From Candidatus Uhrbacteria bacterium (GTDB lineage: Bacteria > Patescibacteriota > Patescibacteriia > UBA9934 > GWF2-40-263), in assembly GCA_016844925.1 (NCBI GenBank), contig JAERTI010000043.1:2386-66385 (forward strand): 64,000 nucleotides of DNA, given 5' to 3'. The position numbers and the translations under genes were made by a program. The notes beneath the pieces were generated by a model, which was not told the DNA's origin, ran no database searches, and saw nothing but the letters and a program-made list of their open reading frames with translations. Positions 46,095 through 53,775 of the stretch are shown one piece after another (position 1 is the first letter of the stretch; each line of letters starts with the position of its first letter).

Positions 46095-46190
46095 CCAACC
46101 TCACGGAGGTACCGATGTATACGTACATCAACGGAGCCGTGCTGAACGAGTACGGCTTCCCATCTGAGTTTTCGAATGATCGTAGGTTCG
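46095..46190 (+). repeat. hairpin element of type A (CCCATCT...GGATGGG)
   Basis: cccatctgagttttcgaatgatcgtaggttcggatggg. Confidence 0.5.
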
Positions 46191-46233
46191 GATGGGAATC
46201 AACCCGACACCCCAAAGGAGGTATCTGGGGAAC

Positions 46234-47046
46234 ATGACAGAGCAGGAGCGGCATCGCTCAAACAACGAGACGGAGCAGCGGCTGAGGGCTGCGTCGAAGT
46301 CGATCAGGGAGGCCTGGGACGACTTTCTGGAGAGCCATCCCTCTTATACGGAAGAGACCGTACTGGAGTATGGACTTTCGTACAGCGTCTATCGGCGCGA
46401 AGTGGACCTGCGTTGCCTGGACTTGATCCAGGTGGATATGGGGCACAGTTTCTTCCTGCCAGATTGTCTTGTGGAGTTCAATCGGTGGGGCCATACCAGC
46501 CTTCTCGATGCGATCATGACCAACATCGAGTTTCGGACCTGTGTGTTCGAACGCGTGTCGTTTGCGGGCGCTGACCTGCGCGGAGCAGAGTTTCGCTCGT
46601 GTGACCTGTTCTTCGTCGATTTTCAGGAGGCGAACCTTGAGCGCGCCAACCTGGAGCGACTGAACCTGGAGATGTGTTGGTTCAAGGGAGCCAACCTGGA
46701 GATGGCGAACATTCGTCAGACCATTCTCGAGGAAGCCTACTGGTTGCCAGCACTTCTGCTGCTCTGGCGCCCGATGGATTCTCGTGAGCGGCTCTACTAC
46801 GCACGGGAGCTCATGCGCTTTCGGCGGAAGGTCCGCTGGGGAACCAATGGGGCTGATCCGTACGATGTCCGTGGCGACAAACCACAGAACGTGGACGACT
46901 TTCGTCGCTATTCAGCGGTTCACGACAACGTGTTCGAGCGAGCGTGGAGAACGCATGGGATTACCCCCGCGCAGGTGGTATCCGCACTGAAGCGTTACGC
47001 TCCAGGAACCCTGACCCGAACGGCCAGGAAGATCTTTCTCGGGTGA
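46234..47046 (+). CDS. pentapeptide-repeat-containing protein
   Basis: AAAGGAGG RBS and start MTEQERHRS. Central ADLRGAEF / ANLERANLERLNLE repeats. Confidence 0.5.
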   Translation: MTEQERHRSNNETEQRLRAASKSIREAWDDFLESHPSYTEETVLEYGLSYSVYRREVDLRCLDLIQVDMGHSFFLPDCLVEFNRWGHTSLLDAIMTNIEFRTCVFERVSFAGADLRGAEFRSCDLFFVDFQEANLERANLERLNLEMCWFKGANLEMANIRQTILEEAYWLPALLLLWRPMDSRERLYYARELMRFRRKVRWGTNGADPYDVRGDKPQNVDDFRRYSAVHDNVFERAWRTHGITPAQVVSALKRYAPGTLTRTARKIFLG

Positions 47047-47049
47047 CGA

Positions 47050-47180
47050 CCCAACAAATACGTAACGAGAGCTGTGCAGTGACTCCGTTAGGCCACACGG
47101 GCCGACGTTGAGACCGAGCACAGCTTCCTCTCTGGCTTCTCGAGTTCGCTCGAGAGGTGAGACAGGATCTTGAACCGGAG
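47050..47180 (+). repeat. type B element (ACGAGAGCTGTGC...GAGCACAGCTTCCTCTC...), which contains GTTAGGC
   Basis: Direct read. Three copies occur, at 47050, 49655 and 50640. Confidence 0.6.
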
Positions 47181-47185
47181 TTCTT

Positions 47186-47611
47186 ATGACCCCTGACCAG
47201 ACGCTGGCAGTGCTGCTAGGTCTGCTTGTCGTGGTGGTGTGCGCAGGTGCGCATACGTGGTACCGCGGCTGGCGACTGCACCAGAAATCCTTCAGGAGGG
47301 CGCACTACGCGCATGTGATCCTGGATGGATCACGGATGCTCAACCGCACACACGGGTACCTCGCGTATCCGCAAGTCTACTTGTGCCCAATCTTCAAGAT
47401 CGGGTGGGAGGATGGCTACGCGTGCGTGCAGTACATGGAGGGCAGAGCGGTCGTAGATCCAGATCGATACGACGCCGAGCTCGGCGGTGAGCTCTACTTC
47501 TTCAACGATGGAGAGTGCACCCACCACGTACTCGTCGGTCACCAGATCGACGTGAAGCTCTTCTATCGGCAGCTCGGCTGCCACAGACTCAGCGCCCGCA
47601 TCGCGCTGTGA
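47186..47611 (+). CDS. hypothetical protein with an N-terminal TM helix
   Basis: ORF track. Confidence 0.4.
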   Translation: MTPDQTLAVLLGLLVVVVCAGAHTWYRGWRLHQKSFRRAHYAHVILDGSRMLNRTHGYLAYPQVYLCPIFKIGWEDGYACVQYMEGRAVVDPDRYDAELGGELYFFNDGECTHHVLVGHQIDVKLFYRQLGCHRLSARIAL

Positions 47612-47614
47612 CAA

Positions 47615-47705
47615 CGGCTCAGCTGTGCCCCGACTCCCGATGACGACCATCGGTCGAGTCGCCGCACAGCTTCCCATCTTACGGATTGATCAATGTGATC
47701 GAGCT
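47615..47705 (+). repeat. type A hairpin element (CCCATCTTACGGATTGATC...GATCGAGCTGTGAGATGGG)
   Basis: Direct read. Four copies precede consecutive genes. Confidence 0.6.
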
Positions 47706-47745
47706 GTGAGATGGGACGTAGATCATTTTAGTTAGCCACAAGGAA

Positions 47746-48258
47746 GTGGCAGAAAGGGAACACGTGGAAACGATTCCTGTGACAGAGATCGGGGATGCTG
47801 TGATTGTGGTGTTGATGATTCTCTTCATCCTGCTTCAGGCTGGAGTCCTCGATGTCTTGGAGCCAGTCGCTCACTGCCTCGAGAGGAAGTGGCGAGGGGT
47901 TCCGATCCTGCATGTACGCTTCCTGGACGGTGTGCCAGTGTCCGCGGAAGTGACAATCGTCTGGAGCTGCGAGGATCTCAGCTACTCCCGCAACAACGTG
48001 GCAGACTTCGAGCATGTCGCTCTGGTGGTTCGGTACCACAACAAAGGCATGCTGGATGTGCAGGCCAAGTTCGGAGAAGAGGTTCTCGTGTCCCCCCTGT
48101 GGGATGTGAGCAACCCAAGGCACACGGTCGAGTACGGGCGTTTCAAGCACCTCCTGCTTGTGTGTCCAAGTCGGGAGCATGCCGAGTCATTCAGTGAGTC
48201 GTTCGGGCTCTCTGAGATTCTCGGAACAGAACAGCTTCCCGACAAGGTGAAGCCCTAA
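47746..48258 (+). CDS. hypothetical protein (strand uncertain; the antisense ORF 47728..48180 is also open)
   Basis: GTG start after AAGGAAG. GC-rich, with both frames open. Confidence 0.3.
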   Translation: MAEREHVETIPVTEIGDAVIVVLMILFILLQAGVLDVLEPVAHCLERKWRGVPILHVRFLDGVPVSAEVTIVWSCEDLSYSRNNVADFEHVALVVRYHNKGMLDVQAKFGEEVLVSPLWDVSNPRHTVEYGRFKHLLLVCPSREHAESFSESFGLSEILGTEQLPDKVKP

Positions 48259-48289
48259 CGACGAACGGCTGTGGCAGTGTTTCCCGGTA

Positions 48290-48430
48290 GCGCACCGGTT
48301 GAGATGTTGTCACGGCCGCCCATCTTACGGATTGATCAGAAGGATCGAGTCGTGAGATGGGGAAACCCAACTCGGTCTCTAGGCCAGTGTCCTAGATAAA
48401 GGCGGGAATCCTCCCGTTTGAACAGACCAA
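48290..48430 (+). repeat. type A hairpin element plus the AAAGGCGGGAATCCTCCCGTTT pre-start hairpin
   Basis: Direct read. Confidence 0.6.
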
Positions 48431-48437
48431 AGATGCC

Positions 48438-49127
48438 ATGGGAAACATGACCCATATGCTCCTGCTGCTGGACGGAAAGGATCGTCTCAATAGGTGGATG
48501 GCTGAGAATCCTGGAGAGGAACTGGATTATCAGCGCGCGACACTGAGGGGCATTGATCTGGAGTTCATGAAGCTCCGTGCCACCTTTGTCCGCGCAGATC
48601 TGACGGGCGCCCGGCTGAAAGGTACGGATCTGACAGCGGCAGACATGCGGTCCTGCAGACTCGGTGGCGCTGACCTCACAGATGCCAACCTTCGCGGTCT
48701 GAGCCTTTCAGGTGCCTACATGCCGCACGCCCGTCTCGATGGTGCGTGCTTGGTCGACGTAGATTTCCGTGGAGCGTCTTGCTACGGCGTGAGTCTCCAT
48801 GGGGCTGATCTGACGGGAACCATCCTCGATCTGAACCAGTGGGGAGCCGCCCTTCTCGATCGCTGGGATCGTGCGACGCAGCTTCAGCGCAGGTACATCA
48901 TGCCCATCCTCAGGCAGGCAGATCAGATTCGTATCTCGCCAGATGAGAATCAAAACCCGTGGACGAGAAATGGGTTGTTCCTCGCCAGGGATGACAGCTT
49001 CTCTCAGATGTGGAGCACCCGCGCTCTTAAGATACAGCTCTTCCTGGACTTCCTCTGGAAACATCGTGAGAATGATCTGCGGGCCATCGGGTTCAACGCT
49101 TGTCCTCAGGAGATCCCCTTGCACTAG
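48438..49127 (+). CDS. pentapeptide-repeat protein (subtype 1 C-terminal domain)
   Basis: LNRWMAENPGEELDY N-terminal motif and GTILDLNQWGAALLDRWD C-terminal domain. Confidence 0.6.
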   Translation: MGNMTHMLLLLDGKDRLNRWMAENPGEELDYQRATLRGIDLEFMKLRATFVRADLTGARLKGTDLTAADMRSCRLGGADLTDANLRGLSLSGAYMPHARLDGACLVDVDFRGASCYGVSLHGADLTGTILDLNQWGAALLDRWDRATQLQRRYIMPILRQADQIRISPDENQNPWTRNGLFLARDDSFSQMWSTRALKIQLFLDFLWKHRENDLRAIGFNACPQEIPLH

Positions 49128-49199
49128 TCGTTCAAAACAAGAATGACACTCTCTGATTCCGGGAAATGTACGCCCCGTTGAGTCAGACGGTCCCTCGAG

Positions 49200-49280
49200 C
49201 AGCACGTGCTCAAGGGAATCCATCCCACAACTTGATCGAACGGATCGAGTTGTGAGATGGGGTATGACCCCATAAAGGAG
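49200..49280 (+). repeat. type A hairpin element
   Basis: catcccacaacttgatcgaacggatcgagttgtgagatgggg. Confidence 0.6.
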
Positions 49281-49285
49281 AAAGG

Positions 49286-49654
49286 ATGGATCGCGTGGTT
49301 GCACGTCTGATCACGTACGGGCTGTGCGCCTTAGCCTGCACTCTTCTCGGAGTGTTTGGTGTGTTGATGGCTGTGCTGATGCTCTGGCCGTTGGTGCTGG
49401 GAGCACCGTTCATGCCCGACTGGGCAAATGTTCTTGCGCCACTGGTCGCTCCGGTGTACTGGATCGGCTTCTACAAGCTCATTCCTGTACTTCGTAGGCC
49501 CCTGCTTGAGCTTCTGGGTTCGGCAACGGCGACCTTGGGCGAGTTCCTCGAAGATCAGTGGGTTACTCGTCTGGGTAACGGAGTGAAGTGGTGCGACGAT
49601 GACTTCATGGATCCTTTTAAGGAGGATCGTTCGAAGCCGTTGTCAGACAACTAA
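49286..49654 (+). CDS. membrane protein
   Basis: AAAGGAGAAAGG RBS. 3 TM helices. Confidence 0.4.
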   Translation: MDRVVARLITYGLCALACTLLGVFGVLMAVLMLWPLVLGAPFMPDWANVLAPLVAPVYWIGFYKLIPVLRRPLLELLGSATATLGEFLEDQWVTRLGNGVKWCDDDFMDPFKEDRSKPLSDN

Positions 49655-49810
49655 ACATACGAGAGCTGTGCTTGACTGCCGTCAGGCAGGACGAGACTCC
49701 GCGAGACCACACGGGTCCGCGTTGAGACCGAGCACGGCTTCCTCTCCGGACTTTCGAGTGAATCGAGGTTCCAGAGAGGGAATCGTTCCCACAACAAACG
49801 GCGGGAGTTC
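49655..49810 (+). repeat. type B element
   Basis: acgagagctgtgcttgactgccgtcaggc...gagcacggcttcctctccgg. Confidence 0.6.
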
Positions 49811-49867
49811 CGTCCCCGGCTCCGGGTAGGAGTGTCTTGATGCTACTCAGTAGCTAAAGGACATGGT

Positions 49868-50128
49868 GTGATTATTCTCGAAGGGTTGTTTATCGCACTG
49901 GTGTTGTTCATCAGGTTCAGCTTCAAGTTCTTCAGCATTGTGGCCGACCTAGCTACGGTGATGTACATGGTTTGCTGGCCGATTATCACCACGATGCTTG
50001 CCATCGAGTTGAGCATCCAGAATCAGCTTCTGGACCCCCTGGGGTCTACCGTGAACATCTTGGCCGCACTGGCCTTCTGCATCCAAATTCTCTGGTGGTT
50101 CGTCTTGCCCAGCAGGATCGGGCCGTAG
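49868..50128 (+). CDS. small membrane protein
   Basis: 86 aa with 3 TM helices. Confidence 0.4.
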   Translation: MIILEGLFIALVLFIRFSFKFFSIVADLATVMYMVCWPIITTMLAIELSIQNQLLDPLGSTVNILAALAFCIQILWWFVLPSRIGP

Positions 50129-50164
50129 AGATAATGGATGGCTACGCTGTGACAGACTCCGAGG

Positions 50165-50230
50165 GACGACCCCTCGTTGAGACTGGACACAGCGTCCCAT
50201 CTGACAGTTTGATCAATAGGATCGAGTTGT
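50165..50230 (+). repeat. type A hairpin element
   Basis: cccatctgacagtttgatcaataggatcgagttgtgagatggg. Confidence 0.6.
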
Positions 50231-50273
50231 GAGATGGGAATTCTCCCTAAACCCGAGGAGGTATCCGGGAAAA

Positions 50274-50621
50274 GTGGAACGTTATTTTAAGAGGTGGCAG
50301 TTTCTTGCACTGGGCTCCGTCCGGGTGCTCACGGTTGCAGCCATGTTCTTGTACATCTACCTCATCTCGCATCACGCGATTTGGTGGCTGTACTTTCCGA
50401 TGATGTGCATTATTCAGGTCGACGCGCTGGCGTGCATTGTTGGTGTTCATGGCAGAAGACTCGAGGCTGCAGAGCGTTACGCAGAGAAGGGGACGGCCCA
50501 AAACCGAAATGCACTTATGAGTGCGACTTCTCCTTTGCGAATTCCGAGACTGCTTCGGGACAACGTCTTCATGCATCTGTCCGTATGGCTACTTTTCGTC
50601 CTTTCGTTGGTGCTACGATAA
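50274..50621 (+). CDS. membrane protein
   Basis: GGAGG followed 11 nt later by a GTG start. 3-4 TM helices. Confidence 0.4.
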   Translation: MERYFKRWQFLALGSVRVLTVAAMFLYIYLISHHAIWWLYFPMMCIIQVDALACIVGVHGRRLEAAERYAEKGTAQNRNALMSATSPLRIPRLLRDNVFMHLSVWLLFVLSLVLR

Positions 50622-50639
50622 AACAAGAATGAGCACCTC

Positions 50640-50810
50640 ACGATCCCAGCGGGGTTGTTGATGCACAAGAGCGCGAACTCAAGCGCACGAGAGCTGTACT
50701 GAAGACTCCCGGTGACGATCACCGGTAGAAGTTACAGGACGGCTTCCTCTCCGGACTCTCGATTAAATCGAGGTTCCAGAGAGGGATTGGTTGCTGAGAG
50801 AATTCTCACA
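50640..50810 (+). repeat. type B element (last of array 2)
   Basis: cacgagagctgtactgaag...acggcttcctctccggactctcgattaaatcgaggttccagagaggga. Confidence 0.6.
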
Positions 50811-51082
50811 TGACCGTTCTGAGACTTATTTTTGGAGGCATCATGTTGCTGTAGTGCACAGTCGATGGGGTAGCGGCGAGAAGGTTTATCCACGAGCGTA
50901 CGCGCTCAGTTCACAGGCGGGTCCGGAATAACGTCCGGTCACCCGCCGCCCTTGATCTGCTTGTGACACACGTCGCAATCAGATGGATGGGAATCATCTC
51001 TCAACTGGAGGACGAGTCATTCTTTCGTTCTCTTGTTGAGGGATGAACCCTTGCTCTGTTTACAAGCTGAAGGAGGCTGCTG

Positions 51083-52678
51083 ATGAGCACATTGCCCGAG
51101 AAGGTGCGCTGCACCGCTGGGTGCAGGCGCGAGTTTCCGCTGAACGCCCGCTACCCGGGCATCGACATTGCGATGCTCGTTGTTCCCGAAGAGGTTACGA
51201 GCGTGGAGGCGGCCCTCAAGGCTGCCAAGTGTCAGAAGTGCCTGTGTCTGACCGGTCCCATGGACAGGGGGCTGATGCAGGTCATCGACCAGCTGCAGTC
51301 GCCGACCAAGGACGTCTCCGTTTCGACGGGGGCTTCCGAGGAGACCGTGGAAGAAGACGAAGGCATCGACGCCGACGCTCTTCAGGCCCTGAGTTCCATG
51401 GGGCAGTCTGCCGGCCGCCCTGTGATGGTGGACGTCCGTGAGCTGGAGGGGACTCATCGCGGCCGCCCGGTTCAAGACGATCCGGACCGCCTGTCCCGTC
51501 GGGACGTGCGGGCCGCTCTGCGGGCACAGCCCAAGGAGCCCAAGGGTCCCTCGCTTCCCGAGGAGGCTCTGGAGGCTCTCGCCCAGGCTGGCGAAAGCGC
51601 TCGAGCGCGTGACGAAGCAGCGAAGCGTTCCAAGCTGGCGAGCTTCGGTGGCCTCATGGGGTCGCTGGGTCGCCGTCTGGAGGAGATTCGTCGTGTTGCG
51701 CAGTCCCAGAGGGTCGACAAGATGATCGACGACTTCTGGAGCAAGCTCGCTGAGGCACTCCCCAAGGATCCCAAGCAGCGCGGCAAGAAGAAGCTGCTCG
51801 CTCACCTGGGGACCAGTCACCAGGAGCTCCGTGAGCTCGACAAACTCTGCTACCACCACTGCTCCGTAGCACCCAGCGATGGGGACAACGGGCTGTGGGG
51901 GGTTCAGGGGGCACCGGGTTCGCACCTGGAACCTCGTGAAGGTGACCCGCTCTACAAGCAGATGCGTGGCAAGCCGACCATGGACATGGATCCGTTCCCC
52001 GGTGGGGAGCGTCCGGCACACTGGAGTGGGCGCGGCGAAGGACGTCGTCCCACGCTGGGACTGGTCTCGGTGGTGGGAGGATCGAGCTTTCCGGATCCGA
52101 ACCCGCCACGTGAGGTGTACGCCGGTCCCAAGATCGTCTACGCCGCGGACAAGACCTTCGTTCAGTTCAGCGATGACACGCAGGCCTACGACCAGCCGGT
52201 CCAGGGGCGTGGAACGCTGCGGCTGTGCGGCAAGGGCATGTACGCCATGATGGAGCGTACGCCGGAAGGCTGGGTGTACCACCCGTGTCTGCCCGGTGAG
52301 CAGGAGGCCGGTCCTCAGACGCTGATGTTCGTCAGGCTCGCCCTGCGGCGCGTCGACGGCCAGCTGGTCACGGCGAAGAAGCAGGAAGAGCTGCAGGCTG
52401 AGCGTGAAGCTGAGCTGAAGGCGCTGGAGGCTGAGGCTCGCGAGCGAGCCAAGTGGCTGATTGCGTGCATCGAGGTCAGTGATCAGGGGGAGCGAGCGCT
52501 TCCTCACGAGATCCAGATCGCGATCGGTCTGCACATCGGTGAGTACGACGACCTGCCTCGCGCACGTCCGGTGTACGCTCACCCTGAGATGAACGAGATC
52601 GAGGGTGGTGGTCCGGCCGAGGATGAGTCCATCGGACTCTCACCGCAGACCATCGACGGTGAGCAGCCGACGGCATGA
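51083..52678 (+). CDS. hypothetical protein (531 aa), GC-rich
   Basis: GAAGGAGG RBS. The antisense ORF 51017..52582 is treated as a shadow. Confidence 0.5.
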   Translation: MSTLPEKVRCTAGCRREFPLNARYPGIDIAMLVVPEEVTSVEAALKAAKCQKCLCLTGPMDRGLMQVIDQLQSPTKDVSVSTGASEETVEEDEGIDADALQALSSMGQSAGRPVMVDVRELEGTHRGRPVQDDPDRLSRRDVRAALRAQPKEPKGPSLPEEALEALAQAGESARARDEAAKRSKLASFGGLMGSLGRRLEEIRRVAQSQRVDKMIDDFWSKLAEALPKDPKQRGKKKLLAHLGTSHQELRELDKLCYHHCSVAPSDGDNGLWGVQGAPGSHLEPREGDPLYKQMRGKPTMDMDPFPGGERPAHWSGRGEGRRPTLGLVSVVGGSSFPDPNPPREVYAGPKIVYAADKTFVQFSDDTQAYDQPVQGRGTLRLCGKGMYAMMERTPEGWVYHPCLPGEQEAGPQTLMFVRLALRRVDGQLVTAKKQEELQAEREAELKALEAEARERAKWLIACIEVSDQGERALPHEIQIAIGLHIGEYDDLPRARPVYAHPEMNEIEGGGPAEDESIGLSPQTIDGEQPTA

Positions 52679-53004
52679 ACACATGGGGCCCTGGGTTCCC
52701 CCGCTGACATACGCGTCCGCACGAACCCACTTTTTACCTGGGTATGACAGAAGTCATGCACAGATAGAAGGATGACATCTTGAATATTCTGACAGCGCTG
52801 TTACAATTCCGTGTGCTACCGGACTGAGTCTTCTCTAGAAGGCTGCGAAGTGGGGTACGACATTAACGACCAGATCTAAATCGCGAGCATAGGTTGCTCT
52901 CCGCAAGGATGAGCGACCAAAATCTCTCTCCTCATGCTCAAACGTTCTGACCTGGTTATTTTCTCTCGTCGTGGTCTCTCTCCGCAGCCTCCTACAGAAG
53001 AAGG

Positions 53005-53265
53005 GTCAAAAATGGCGAACTACTTGTGCTTCGGTGAACAAACGACTCACCGTACCTCTGGTACGGCTCCTCGCTTGCTCCCCTCCAGCAAGGCGTATTT
53101 CACTCATTTTTGACCCTTCTTCTTTTTGTTTGGCTAAAATTGGCGAACTGCTTGCTCTTCGGATGAAAACCACCTCACCGTACCTCTGGTACGGCTCGGA
53201 GGTCTTTCATCCTCCAGAGCGGCGCATTTCACCGAATTTTGGACGTTTCTTCTTTTTATTAGGTC
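53005..53265 (+). repeat. two tandem 120-bp units, each bounded by about 12-bp inverted repeats (GGGTCAAAAATGG ... CATTTTTGACCC) and ending in a T-tract
   Basis: Direct read. Each unit has internal hairpins CCGTACC-tct-GGTACGG and CTTGCT...AGCAAG. Confidence 0.6.
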
Positions 53266-53385
53266 AAAATGCTGTGGATAACGCGCTTCTTTCGCTCAAA
53301 TTAGGGGGCTTGGGACCCTAATTTGTCGCTTAGTTTAGGTAATACGGGCCTATTCTTGACAATCCACGGTTCATCCACTTTGTTG

Positions 53386-53414
53386 GGGTTGACGGTCGTG
53401 AAAACGCGTGTTAC
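53386..53414 (+). promoter_or_regulatory. sigma70-like promoter (TTGACG-17 nt-TACTAT) upstream of rpoB
   Basis: Direct read. Confidence 0.4.
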
Positions 53415-53635
53415 TATCTGCCTGCATTCAGGTCGAGCGGAGCTAATTTTAGCGAAACTTGACAACCCGCGCCTCGTATATTGCTGAACGGTCAACCGGG
53501 TTCGGACATTAAGAGAAGCTCCTGGTCTCAATGGCACCCACCATGAAACCGGGTAACGACCCACTCTTTAATGCCCTTCATCTTCATCAATCATTAGTAA
53601 GTTGCCTCCTGAACAAGGAAGCACTTTTTTAGTTT

Positions 53636-53757
53636 ATCGATCCTTTTAAAATCAGGCGATCTGCGGGCTTATGGGGCCCCGTCGGCTTGTCACCCTATTT
53701 AGATAGGGTTCTGGCGCCGACACCCCATGCACCCGCATCTCACCTAATTTTAAAAGG
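53636..53757 (+). promoter_or_regulatory. 14-bp perfect inverted repeat (GATCCTTTTAAAAT ... ATTTTAAAAGGATC) bracketing a GC-rich 85-nt core; the 3' arm contains the rpoB Shine-Dalgarno sequence
   Basis: Direct read. Candidate RBS-sequestering leader structure. Confidence 0.45.
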
Positions 53758-53775
53758 ATCAGAATCAACCTAACT

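Noticed and set aside
10590-50810. CRISPR array
   Set aside because: The repeats are imperfect structured elements of 100-250 bp. They are separated by 300-1600 bp protein-coding ORFs, not by 30-40 bp spacers. There are no regular short direct repeats and no cas genes.
51017-52582. Long antisense ORFs in GC-rich DNA (51017..52582, 997..1584, 40740..41789, 31553..32899, 21422..22630, 1919..2998)
   Set aside because: High GC content keeps multiple frames open. The partner-strand ORFs have better starts and RBS and fit the array orientation. The antisense ORFs show low-complexity, Arg/Gly/Pro-rich composition typical of shadow frames.
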